Counted from the first letter of the whole stretch, positions 1 through 10,549 are shown. The stretch: 63,646 bases of DNA, filler included, from Globobulimina sp. (GCA_003354225.1; 37 parts of 37 records of this genome joined end to end with filler, not necessarily neighbours in it); one strand, 5' to 3'. Numbers and translations are program-made. The notes: generated from the sequence alone by a model not told the origin.

Positions 1-285
1 GATCGATGGTTCATCATTACTTCGTTCCTCTATCTCCGGACACATGCGCTCCGGATCCAGAATGCCTGTTTTATCGATTACGTAACGGCTCTTGATACCT
101 GAAGCCTTTTCGATGAATTCGACCGAGGATTCTGCCAGGGCTTCCATTTCGCCAGCGGCGATCTCGTCAGCGTGGGCCTGATTGAAGTTCGCTACATAAG
201 TATTGAAGGACTCAACCAGTTCTTCGTTGGATATACTTTGTTCAGGCGTAAAGAGTCCGGTTCCGCTGATGACAATGTTGCTCAC
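1..285 (-). CDS. Bacterial beta-ketoacyl-ACP synthase III (PA3286-like KAS III), N-terminal 95 codons; not in the ORF track
   Basis: Manual translation from GTG at 285, with AAGGA RBS 7 nt upstream: [83 protein letters not shown]. Closely resembles gammaproteobacterial long-type KAS III. Runs off the contig end. Confidence 0.85.
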   Translation of the reverse strand, partial: MSNIVISGTGLFTPEQSISNEELVESFNTYVANFNQAHADEIAAGEMEALAESSVEFIEKASGIKSRYVIDKTGILDPERMCPEIEERSNDEPSI

Positions 286-305
286 TTCAATATCCTTGTT
301 GAATC

Positions 306-1624
306 ATGTGAATCGTATTGCGCCAAGGCAGAAATTGAATTTCGAGGTGGAAGAGACAAAAGAAAATATGGTGATGTGTAATAACACTGCGACGTTGGAA
401 CAGAAATTGAAAACGAAGACGATTCGTAAAAACGACGGTTGGAAGAACTTCAAAGTGGGAATGGAAGTGGGCGCGTTGGATAGTACGAACAGGTGGTATT
501 TGGCGGAGATTTTGCGGCATAAACCAAAGAGTGACACGTTGCAGGAATACGGCAATAATTTGAAACTGTGGCAACAAAATCAATTATGGAAATATAACGC
601 GATGGAAGGCATTTACGTGCATTACATGGGTTGGAGCGCCAAATGGGACGAATGGGTTTTTATCGACACCGATACGTTATGTAACTGCATCAGCGACACT
701 TGTACGAGTTTCCTGCACCGCATCATGTCCAAAGAGAAACATGAGGCCAAATTCGGCAAAACCAAGAAAAAAAAGAAGAAGAAAAAGAAATGGCAAAAAA
801 ATGCGGGCGGCGGATGGATGGCGAATGCCGCCAACACGGTGGTGAACACAGTGGCGGCCTGGATCCCCGGCGTAGGCGATGTGGGCAATAACAGCAATCA
901 GTACAGTACCTACAATAACAGCAATCAATACAGCAGCACGAGTAACTACAGCAACCAATATAACAGCAATAGCACCTATAACGCCGGCAACCAATATGGC
1001 ACCGGCAACCAATACAACAGCACCAGCCAATACAGCAGCGGCGGCACCTACAACAGCACCAACTATAACAACAGCACCACCTCCAACTACAGCACCAACT
1101 ACAACAACAGCACCGGCACCAACTTCAATAACAGCACCGGCACCAACTACAACAGCAACACTAGCAACGATAATACTGCACAGGGCTTAGATGAGGACGG
1201 TGAGGGTGGTGGAGGCGACGCAGACGGTGACGATTCGGGCGATGCTGGCGACGATAAAGAGGAAGACGAAGAGTTCGACATTGCGTGCGATACGTTCATA
1301 TTAGAAGGCCACCGCATGAGTGGATATTGTCAGATGTTTAAACAGAAAGAGCGGCCCGACAGCAATACCATCGATAAGACGTGCTGGAACACCAAAGAAG
1401 TGAAGGAGTTTCTGATTGAAATCAACAACCAATATATATTGGAATGGAAGGGCAGTTTTGTAAATAAATCGAGCGGCATCGACTTCTTAGCCTGGGCCAT
1501 TTGCAACGATGTGTATGAGGAATTTAATAAAGATAAGGAAGCGTTGGACGTCGAGGAACAGGGCGAGAAAGAAAACAGTAAAATCAAAATCAAAGTGGAC
1601 GAAGTGTTGGATGTGCGGCATCGA
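306..1624 (+). CDS. Eukaryotic protein fragment with Tudor-knot/MBT/Agenet-like domain, poly-Lys, N/S/T/Y-rich and acidic tracts
   Basis: FKVGMEVGALDSTNRWYLAEI...IYVHYMGWSAKWDEWV is a Royal-family signature. A second copy may start at the end (KVDEVLDVRH). The first ~34 aa of track ORF 203..1672 are antisense bacterial DNA, so the start is approximate. Confidence 0.65.
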
Positions 1625-1724
1625 NNNNNNNNNNNNNNNNNNNNNNNNNNNNNNNNNNNNNNNNNNNNTTAATTAATTAANNNNNNNNNNNNNNNNNNNN
1701 NNNNNNNNNNNNNNNNNNNNNNNN
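1625..1724. other. Artificial contig spacer (44 N + TTAATTAATTAA + 44 N), first of 36 identical spacers
   Basis: Identical 100-nt linker with stops in all six frames recurs every 1721-1724 nt. Intervening contigs decrease monotonically from 1624 to 1621 nt. Confidence 0.99.
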
Positions 1725-2057
1725 GTGGAGAATGAATATAATGATATCACAATGGTTGAATATATTGACGACGATGTAATTGTAAATGAATTGGGGATCA
1801 CTAATAAAGTGCATATACAATTATTATTGAGGCAGGTCGAGGAATTTAAAGATATGAGACAGAAATTTGATGCATTAATGGCAAGAAATACAATTTTAAA
1901 ACAATTTGAACAAAACTTGAATGGAAATGGGATATTAACAATCAATGATTTAAAGAAAGATATAACCACTAAAGCGGACGCAAAGCGAATATTGAAAATA
2001 AATAATCAAAAAGAAATACAGCAAATTTTAAGTATGATTAAACTTATTGAACGTTGA
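1725..2057 (+). CDS. SAM-domain protein, C-terminal fragment
   Basis: ENEYNDITMVEYIDDDVIVNELGITNKVHIQLLLRQV fits the SAM helix pattern; 5' partial. Confidence 0.55.
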   Translation: MENEYNDITMVEYIDDDVIVNELGITNKVHIQLLLRQVEEFKDMRQKFDALMARNTILKQFEQNLNGNGILTINDLKKDITTKADAKRILKINNQKEIQQILSMIKLIER

Positions 2058-2472
2058 TAACAATTAACAACTATTAAATTTATTTATGTTTTACTTCCAG
2101 AAATATCGATCAATATAAAGTTTGCATTTGGTTTGCGAATGTAGTCAATGTACAACCCAATGCAAATGTGTTTGTATTCACTTTGCAAACCCAATGTAAA
2201 TTTTCTTTGCATAAATCATATACAAAATAGCAAACCGTTTCTGGTGAGTGACATTGTGACAAAGGTAAAAAATTATATATGTTTGCCTTCGTTTCTCAGA
2301 AACCATAAAAATCTGACGCTGAAAACAGAATGCTCTTTTCAAAAATTTATAAATGTGTTAACTCAAAAATCCTACTTTTTACTACTAAAGTTTTTGTTTT
2401 GTTCAATTGGATCTCCAAAGTGCTGCAATATCCACAAACAAACACTACCAATTTATAATTATAATACCAAAT

Positions 2473-3348
2473 ATGAATCCAATTTATCCCACCACAAACA
2501 CATGGTCAGCCCGCTCACCTCGCTTTACATTCCCATCATTAACTCCCGCAGAAGCCTCCCTATCCATTGATTTCTCCTCCTTACGGCCTGACATCGAAGC
2601 GATTTATAAGAGCGATACGGAAGAGGCTGCGATTGACCCCGTTGTTTTAAGATTTCTTATTTCAGGTACGAATATAAAAATATTCTCTTTTATTTTCCGA
2701 TTTTGCGCTTCTATTAAAATATATATATATAATGTGAAATATATACAGAGCAAATTAAAACATTAGAAAAAGAAATGAAACGCGAAGAAAATGCGTTACA
2801 AAGATTGTTGAATGCGCCTACAACGCATTTATCCGCGCCAACGCCATATAGTCCATCGCGCACAAACGCATTTTTTAATGGCTACGAATCCGATTCAGAA
2901 AGAAAAGAAGACGGAGCACCATATACCCCACGTGCCGGCGCCCAAACACCATCCCCCGGCCCTATTTATTTCGAGGAGAATGAAGCAGCGCCATCATCGC
3001 CAAATGGTGTTGGTATAGGTATTGCTCCTGATGCGCCACCACATTTTTACAGACCGAGATACGGCGACCAATACATTGACGAATCCAGCTACGAATCCAC
3101 CTACGAATCCACCGAGGAGTCTACCACTAGCTCCTCATCATTAAACTATTCGCAAACAACAACAGAATCATGGAGCACGAGTGCCGACGTATATTCCTGC
3201 AGCGACCCAGAGTACGAATATCACGGTTTAACCACTCGACAAACTATGCACAAACTATTCCCACATGCAATCGAATTGCTAAAACCCACTGATGGTGCAC
3301 TTCCAAATCATTTCATTCTTCACTATCGTTTTCCTTTCATACCTCACA
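2473..3348 (+). CDS. Hypothetical Pro/Ser/Thr-rich protein, intron 2666..2748, 3' partial
   Basis: Removing GTACGA...ATACAG joins MNPIYPT...LRFLIS in frame to EQIKTLEKEMKREE. Confidence 0.6.
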
Positions 3349-3448
3349 NNNNNNNNNNNNNNNNNNNNNNNNNNNNNNNNNNNNNNNNNNNNTTAATTAA
3401 TTAANNNNNNNNNNNNNNNNNNNNNNNNNNNNNNNNNNNNNNNNNNNN

Positions 3449-5000
3449 ATGGACCAACACCAATTTTTTCAGTCCAGGCCACGAAGAGATTATTGGTGCA
3501 TGGCAGACCATGTTCCCTTTGCAAGAACAAGCGGCGCAAAGCCCACCACACGTACACACGCATACAAATAATACAAATACGCCTTACAAAAAAGCACGGC
3601 CCGCTCCTCTATCCATCCCACCTCCAGAGCCAATGAATAATATATCGACCACCACCACCACCACACAGCATACAAATTTGACCGCCGGTCTCCAAGATAT
3701 GCAATTTAGTAACGGCTCGCGTTGTGTTTCCGCGCCCATTCATGCCAACAACAATGAGGTGAATTATAGAAACGATATCAATCCGTATCTCACATTGCCA
3801 AATCTCAGCGAAATGCAATTAAATTCGCAGGTTTGTGTTAGGATTTATATTATATGTATTTGATATATATATCCTCAACGCCGACATATGCAATCCACAG
3901 AAGTACGACATTTGCCATGAAGCAAACCGGTTCTTTCCGCACCATTCTGTGATCGCGCAATCTATGAACATCTCTGCATTGAGCAACCAAGACGCGATCA
4001 TCCCGCACAATGCATCGATGCGGGCCTATCCCACTCGCATCGCTCTGCCAATCGTCCCCGCCGCATATCAAAACATTCAGCCTTCGTTTTGGCAAAAGCA
4101 TCAAGAAAATGACGTACATAAATTTGCAAATTCGAATCAAAGCTATCTTAATTATTCGTACAATCCGTACTTTGCACCGATACCTAATTCTGCGCCGTCT
4201 ACGCAAATGAGAGTTAATGTACATAATAATCCGCACTTTGTTGTACGTGTTATATACAAATAAAACATAACAAAAATTAAATCAAATCAAAGATGCCAAA
4301 CGTTTCCAGCACACTCGGTCACAATAACCGCAATAATGGGAATAGTGGCAATATTCGCGCACATTCTGCAGTGCCACTCGCGTGTAACAAGAATGCGAAT
4401 AAACCCAAAGTGAAACGAAAGAGAGGGCGGCCACGCAAATATAAGCGAGACAGCGACGACAAAATCATTGCCAATTTGTTGCGTACGCCGCCACCAAAAA
4501 AACGGAAGATATGTCGGCGAAGTGCAGATCGAAAGAATTTGCAGTTTCAGCAATATTTTGCCGGCGATGGGACCGGCCCAGAAATGCAAATCGAAGACTT
4601 ATCGCCGCAGAAGAATAGGAACGGAGTCAGTGGGCCCAATGCAAAGGGCTTCCAAAGGGGCGGTTTGCGGCATAACAAGAATGAGAATCAGGTGGTACGT
4701 ATCATTGGTGGCCGCGACAAATCTTACAAGAAACCGCCTGTCCGGCACCAGGCATATAATCGGATCCGAATATGGAAGGATAAGATCGGTCGACAGTTTT
4801 ATGACTGCATCTGCAATGCGAGGAAACCGGTGCAAGACTTAAATAAAATAAAATCGCACGTCTTGGGACACGACAAAATCGTATGGGTTTGCGATATTTG
4901 CGGCAGAGAGTTTTTTAATAACCATCTCCAATTAAATGCGCATATGAAGACGCATAAAAAAAGGGAAATTAAAGCTGGCGAACAACCCATTATTAAATAA
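3449..5000 (+). CDS. AT-hook plus C2H2 zinc-finger transcription factor, introns 3831..3900 and 4243..4292, 5' partial
   Basis: Two phase-0 GT-AG introns fuse three track ORFs. KRKRGRPRK AT-hook; CDICGREFFNNHLQLNAHMKTH finger; a degenerate finger CICN...HVLGH. Confidence 0.8.
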
Positions 5001-5860
5001 TAAGACATATTTTTGCTGTTTTCCATTTGGTGTTTTGCAGTTCATTCTTTTTTATTTGTATTTTTGTTAAATNNNNNNNNNNNNNNNNNNNNNNNNNNNN
5101 NNNNNNNNNNNNNNNNTTAATTAATTAANNNNNNNNNNNNNNNNNNNNNNNNNNNNNNNNNNNNNNNNNNNNGTGGATTAACTGCAATTGGATATGTCAC
5201 TGAATTTGTGAATATCAAACGTGTAGATTTACTTTTGTGTGTTTTTTGTATAATATGTTTGAATTTGTAGGTGAAGGACAGAGGAATGTAGTTGTGAAGG
5301 AAATGTGAAAAGTTGGGTTGTAGTAGTTTTTTTTTTGATGATTATTTTTAACTTTTCACTTTCTTTATGAAATCATGTCAGCTACACACATATAGATTAT
5401 ACCAATGTTGTTTTTAATTCGTAATTTTAAGGAGGTAATATGTGCCACATCTACCCTAACACCCACCAACTATACAACCGGTTACATATCTACTCTATAT
5501 ACATCAACAATATTTACAATAAACACATCAGTTTATCTTTAAAATAAATGGCAATCAGTTTGCTTAAATGAATATGCAATTGCAGTTCTTGCACAAACTC
5601 GTTAATTAAATTAAATCAGTAAATAATAATTATATATAAAAAAAGTTACCTAATGTGTGGACTAAATATATGCGATTACTGCCTTACAACGTTACATGGC
5701 AATAGTGACAGTTCAATCGCAATTGACTATATTTCATTCCATTTCTGGACAGGCGTTAATAATATATCTGGTATAGATTCGATGAGATATATATTGTAAA
5801 ACCATTGTTATCGTCAGAATTATGAATGATAATATAGTCGGAATTATGAACTATAATTAG

Positions 5861-6787
5861 TTGTTTGCTATTTTTATTAAACCACTCCAATCCGGAATGA
5901 TACGCAAAAACAAATTGTGTGCTGAAGCTTCTATCTATGTCATTGCTTTGTTGATATGGTGTCACATTTTCAAGAAAATAATCATAGTTTGGATGCACGG
6001 AAAAGATTACTTATCCACAACATATCGTCGCTTGTTCCTCATAGTAACAGTCTCAAGTTTCGCTGCATTAGCCTCAAAACTAACAAATATTATAATTGTG
6101 GCACACGGTAAACAAGGCAGGGGAAGTACCAGTGACGCCGCTACAATATTCATTACTATCTCAGTGCTTTGTTATTGTGCTATGGTAGTAACCATTTTGT
6201 TTAATCTTCGACAAAGATTGATCACCATGTTGCAGATCACAGTTTGGTTAAAAAAAGTTTTGTTGGTATTTATCGTCATAGGAACGTGTATCATAGCCAC
6301 TGGGTCAGTTATCATAGCTGTTAATTCCACAAAAGTTGCGATATTAGACATAATTGGGCGCGGTTTGGTAGTTTTGTCGTTATTTTTATTCCAGGTCGAA
6401 TCATGGACAATGATTGGTATTTTTATACAAAAATTGCGAAAACTCGTTGGCGACCACGAATTACATGTAATTTGTCGAAGGAATTCAACGGCAGAGATTC
6501 TAATGAAAGTGTGCATTAAAGTTATCGTTGTGTACAGTGTTGTGATGCTCTCAACGACACTGCTTATTGCGAATCATTTAGTGATTATCCATACATCCAT
6601 GGAAATATCATGGATGTATGGAGTGGATATCATCATTAATTTTGTTTGTTGCTATTTGCAATATGAATTCGCGTATAAGGATTATGAAAAATGTTGCTGT
6701 TGTTTTGGTTGTTTGCATACAAGGTATACAAGCCAATATGTTGTGGGTAGTACAGATATGCGTTCATTGAATGAATCAATTGCTTAA
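5861..6787 (+). CDS. Multi-pass (about 6-7 TM, GPCR-like) membrane protein; start uncertain
   Basis: Successive hydrophobic segments and a Cys cluster (KCCCCFGC) after the last TM helix. Confidence 0.55.
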   Translation: MFAIFIKPLQSGMIRKNKLCAEASIYVIALLIWCHIFKKIIIVWMHGKDYLSTTYRRLFLIVTVSSFAALASKLTNIIIVAHGKQGRGSTSDAATIFITISVLCYCAMVVTILFNLRQRLITMLQITVWLKKVLLVFIVIGTCIIATGSVIIAVNSTKVAILDIIGRGLVVLSLFLFQVESWTMIGIFIQKLRKLVGDHELHVICRRNSTAEILMKVCIKVIVVYSVVMLSTTLLIANHLVIIHTSMEISWMYGVDIIINFVCCYLQYEFAYKDYEKCCCCFGCLHTRYTSQYVVGSTDMRSLNESIA

Positions 6788-7372
6788 GCGGTGGAANNNN
6801 NNNNNNNNNNNNNNNNNNNNNNNNNNNNNNNNNNNNNNNNTTAATTAATTAANNNNNNNNNNNNNNNNNNNNNNNNNNNNNNNNNNNNNNNNNNNNAAAT
6901 AAGTCAACTATATCCCTTTTAACATAAATATGATTGATATTATTAAACATTTATTCGATTAGTCTAATAAATATAGACTGTAGACGGATAAAATCAACTG
7001 AATTATCGACTTTGCTTTCAATTCAGTTAAATGCACTAATTCTATTCATATTTTCTATTTTTATGTTGTATTCCTTTGTTTGTGGCAAGTGAATATCGGT
7101 GACGCTGATTCTCAGCCGGAATGCATTTTATAACTTCTTCAATGTATTTTATGTCTTCTTTTGGAATACCTTCTTTTCGTAGTTTGTTTGCTACTTTTTT
7201 CCATTTTGATGTTGTTGTTTGACCATCAATCCACGGATTGTCTTGTGTTTGAAGGAGAGGAAAATTGTCTGCCATGTTGTAATAGAAAGAGTACAAAGTA
7301 CAATTTTAATGGCTGAAGTTTTGAATCAAACTACAATTTAAATGTCAAAAAACAAAAACAGCTCAACATTTT

Positions 7373-8114
7373 TTACAACAAATCTTGATATCGATATCTG
7401 TGACTGTGGGATGTTAAATTTTGAAATCGAGAAAGGGCGGATATTTTATCACCGCCATCAATACACATAAAATAACGCAAGCTATCACTTAGCAATTTTT
7501 GTTGAATCCAATCGAACATTTCATTAATTTTTTGCGGTGTTAACACACCGGAACGTTGTAAAAATAACTCCATTCCAGAAACATATCTTGCATCTACACG
7601 CACTTTAGTTCGCATGTCATCATTTGGTCGGTATCTACGCAGTGTATTCGCAGCAACAAATAAATGTTTCCATGCTTCATGATAATATTCACGATTATCA
7701 TTTTCTTTTTTAACAATTTCTCCGATTCTATCAAATATTTCTATTAATTTATTATAATACTGCTCATATTCAGCTTTATTGTGAATGACTGAACACATTT
7801 GCGTAACGATAAAGATGTTTCATTTGCAATTGATATGGTTGTTGTTGATCATTACAATAAATCTTTTCAAGTAAATTTCTTTGTAATTGCAATATATTTG
7901 CATCGTTATTATTTTTTATTTTTGAATCCATTAAAAGATCAAATATTAATGACGTCTCATTTTGAAATCGGATTTGCAATTGTTGCGAAACATAATTTGC
8001 ATGATTATAATTGCGAAAATAAACGAAGAATCGTGTCGCTTCTAAGATCTTCATAGTTTCCGATGCGAAGGCATTGCTCATTTCAGAATTGAGAGAGGTG
8101 CGAAGAGAAGACAT
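7373..8114 (-). pseudogene. Host-type hypothetical gene broken by a frame change near 7790
   Basis: Two overlapping AT-rich ORFs (MSSLRTS... and ...IHNKAEYEQYY...) in different frames with no obvious intron. Confidence 0.35.
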
Positions 8115-8133
8115 AATTTGTTGATGTAATCTG

Positions 8134-8520
8134 TGGGTGGGAATTTCTGCTAAAGGGTAAAGCGTACAGTTTATCAAGCTCGTCACATGAGAGCAGATCG
8201 GCAGAAGGAGTAGTGACAATACGCATTCCGGAACAGTTCTGCCAGAGCAGTCTGTCACGCATTTGTTCAGTTATATTGTGGCAATGAACATATGCCTCAG
8301 CATCTTTTGAAACGCTTTCAAAATCAGGCAATTCAAGACCTGATTCAGGAGGCTCGCTGCTTTTTGCAACTTTGTAATTGATGCCGTTTATTTCTTTCAA
8401 GTCTGCTAAAACTTTATAAGCATCCCAAATCAGCTTGCCTTTTTTCCTGTTCTGATACGCGGGTTCATCTTTTAAAATGCCTCTGAACTTGGTTGCAAGA
8501 TCTAGCACAGGTTTTTCACC
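8134..8520 (-). CDS. ygiQ: Bacterial YgiQ/UPF0313 radical SAM protein, internal fragment
   Basis: GEKPVLDLA...LELPDFESVSKD...TPSADLLSCDELDKLYALPFSRNSHP matches the YgiQ N-terminal domain pattern. Abrupt junction to AT-rich DNA after HP. Confidence 0.75.
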
Positions 8521-8620
8521 NNNNNNNNNNNNNNNNNNNNNNNNNNNNNNNNNNNNNNNNNNNNTTAATTAATTAANNNNNNNNNNNNNNNNNNNNNNNN
8601 NNNNNNNNNNNNNNNNNNNN

Positions 8621-8774
8621 AAAGCAAACGGATTCTGAATAGCGGGGTTTTTGTGTGAGGGCTTAACTTTCTTCCTTCCTGTTTGAGACAGCTGTTTTGC
8701 AGTCCTTCCATCAAAAAGAGAAAGAATTCCTGGGCGTCGTCCTGGCGGCCAGGCCGTAGTTTCTTTGAGAGCAC
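8621..8774 (-). CDS. Ubiquitin-specific protease (USP36/42-like) fragment, probably chimeric
   Basis: LRPGRQDDAQEFFLFLMEGLQ contains the USP QxDAxEF box. GC is higher than the adjacent DNA. Confidence 0.6.
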
Positions 8775-8955
8775 TGTTTTGTTTTTCGAGTTGGATTGTG
8801 TGGGATTGAGCAGTTTTATTATAATTACATTAATTATTAGATTGCATCATTCCCAATGCATAAATGCTGTATATATGGTAACAACAAATCAATTATTTAT
8901 ATTTTGTAGAGGAAGGATAGGAAAGGAAAACAAATAAATATTTTAAGTTAATTTA

Positions 8956-9034
8956 TCAGAAAGCCATGCAAGTGGATCGGGGTTAGTCGTCATATAAATT
9001 ATTATCAGTCATACGCTCCCAAAATAATCATCAG
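8956..9034 (-). ncRNA. Box C/D snoRNA E, snR74/SNORD27-like (18S Am28) with a second 18S guide
   Basis: C CUGAUGA 9034-9028, D' CUGA 9008-9005, C' AUGACGA 8993-8987, D CUGA 8959-8956. The D' guide targets UCAUACGCU, with +5 on the A equivalent to yeast A28. The D guide is a 15-nt complement of AAGCCAUGCAAGUGG. Confidence 0.9.
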
Positions 9035-9215
9035 ATTAAGAAAAAGAAAACATTCATATAGAAACATACCATATTGTTCCTATGACGTACGTCGTATCTG
9101 CAGTTCCATTGCCATCACATAAACCTAAATATCAATTCATTATTCATCCATTTTTAGACATTGACAAAAAACAATCCCGTATTAAAAACATGTTTGTTAG
9201 GCAAAAATGAAAAAA

Positions 9216-9276
9216 TCAGTTAAAATTGTCGACATTATCTTTCAGTTCAAGTAGAGGTAAAAAAGGATATCATCAC
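9216..9276 (-). ncRNA. Box C/D snoRNA D, target unassigned
   Basis: C GUGAUGA 9276-9270, D' CUGA 9245-9242, D CUGA 9219-9216, inside intron 9310..9125 and 91 nt from the acceptor. Confidence 0.75.
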
Positions 9277-9438
9277 AAATATTTATAAGAAATAAAGATC
9301 AAATACATACCTATCCACTTATTATTTTGTATGGTTCATCATTATAATGCCTGTAATGTAAAAAACAAAAATTCAATAAATGTTTGTATAGTTTGCATTG
9401 TGTATAAAAATGTCATAATATAAAAAAAATGGGTGTGA

Positions 9439-9507
9439 TCAGATCAGGTCTCCATAGGGAGTTTTTCACGGATTCATCTCAAAACTGTGAACTATGCGTT
9501 TCATCCG
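9439..9507 (-). ncRNA. Box C/D snoRNA C, two LSU rRNA guides
   Basis: Variant C box GGAUGA 9506-9501 and D CUGA 9442-9439. Antisense elements are complementary to the conserved LSU motifs GUGAACUAUGC (11 nt) and AUCAGGUCUCCA (12 nt). Confidence 0.8.
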
Positions 9508-9678
9508 GCAAAGTTTACCAATGTACAAAACATACCATTCACCAAATGATTGTTATCCGCATTAATGATCTATGTCGAGTCGCTATATATATTAAAAAAA
9601 AAACATTATTCAGCAAAAATTATTCAGGAAAATTCAAGAAATTAAATTGTTTGGACAAATAACAAAAATTGGATTGGA

Positions 9679-9751
9679 TCATAATGACATAATGGCGTAT
9701 CTTCATTGTAGGTCAGATACCACAGCACGTGTTTAATTTAAATGTAATCAT
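9679..9751 (-). ncRNA. Box C/D snoRNA B with compensatory variant boxes
   Basis: C AUGAUUA 9751-9745, D' CUGA 9716-9713, C' AUGAAGA 9706-9700, D AUGA 9682-9679. Perfect terminal stem UUGGA/UCCAA. The D guide is complementary to UGACAUAAUGGC (possible LSU target). Confidence 0.7.
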
Positions 9752-9956
9752 TTCCAAAGTGTTTCTATCAATCAATCTATAAAAGTTACATACGTCTAAA
9801 TGGGCAAAATAACACCAATCACGCTGAGAATAACATTAATTTGTACCAATACATTTTCATTCTTTATTATTATTTGATTCCTGTGTAAATATGAAAAAAA
9901 AAGTCAGTTGAGCAAATTATTCAAAATTTTGTGTTTGATTTGATAATTTATATTAA

Positions 9957-10034
9957 TCAGCAAATTTAGATTTGTTTCAATCTCAACAGATTTACTTTCA
10001 GCAGAACGAAGGTTGTGAACAATACTATCATCAG
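9957..10034 (-). ncRNA. Box C/D snoRNA A, snR54/SNORD59-like (18S Am974 equivalent)
   Basis: C CUGAUGA 10034-10028, D' CUGA 10001-9998, D CUGA 9960-9957, terminal stem AUUGA/UUAAU. The D' guide is complementary to AGAACGAAGGUU, with +5 on the second A of GAAC. Confidence 0.88.
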
Positions 10035-10549
10035 TCAATGGAATGGAATGGAATGGTGTATAAAATGAGTTTTTCTTAACATACCATGAGGTGGGAATGA
10101 ATTGATGTTAATTGCTTCCAATATTGCTCAATTTGGGTTGTGATTGCTCAATTTACGTTTTGCTCATTATGTGTTTAGAATGGTGAAAGTGGGTGTTGTT
10201 GTTTTTTGAAGTGAAGGAGTTATTGTTAAAAACTTTGTTGTAGANNNNNNNNNNNNNNNNNNNNNNNNNNNNNNNNNNNNNNNNNNNNTTAATTAATTAA
10301 NNNNNNNNNNNNNNNNNNNNNNNNNNNNNNNNNNNNNNNNNNNNTTCTTTTATTTACAACATTGTTCACTTGTAATTTAGTACCAAGTGGATTTGTTGCA
10401 ATTGCAATCGCCGATGGTTTGTAGAATTCAATCTCTTTCGTCTCTGCTGGAAAATCAGATAGTAACATGGTCACAGTGGTACTAGAACGCTCAAGAAAAG
10501 TTTTGGGGATCGGCATCTGAGACGATATAAACGTTTACAAAGATGCATT

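Larger units (their letters stand above)
8800..10244 (-). ncRNA. Non-coding snoRNA host gene with 5 introns (10084..9881, 9793..9583, 9535..9351, 9310..9125, 9069..8867)
   Basis: Five GTATGT donors, each paired with a YAG acceptor. Internal exons are 87, 47, 40 and 55 nt and no long ORF is evident (the exon 1/2 junction reads ATG GAA TCA AAT AAT AAT AAA GAA TGA). Each intron has one C/D box unit. Transcript ends uncertain. Confidence 0.85.

Noticed and set aside
203-305. N-terminus of the 489-aa track ORF
   Set aside because: It is the antisense of the bacterial KAS III gene read across a chimeric junction.
1669-1680. Regularly spaced TTAATTAATTAA palindrome suggesting an array or chromosome-breakage signal
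   Set aside because: Always embedded in 44+44 N; a standard six-frame-stop linker added in silico. ORF ends reading XXXLIN are artefacts.
8961-8975. 18S rRNA-like sequence on the + strand as an rRNA gene fragment
   Set aside because: Only 15 nt and directly next to a D box on the opposite strand; it is a snoRNA guide.
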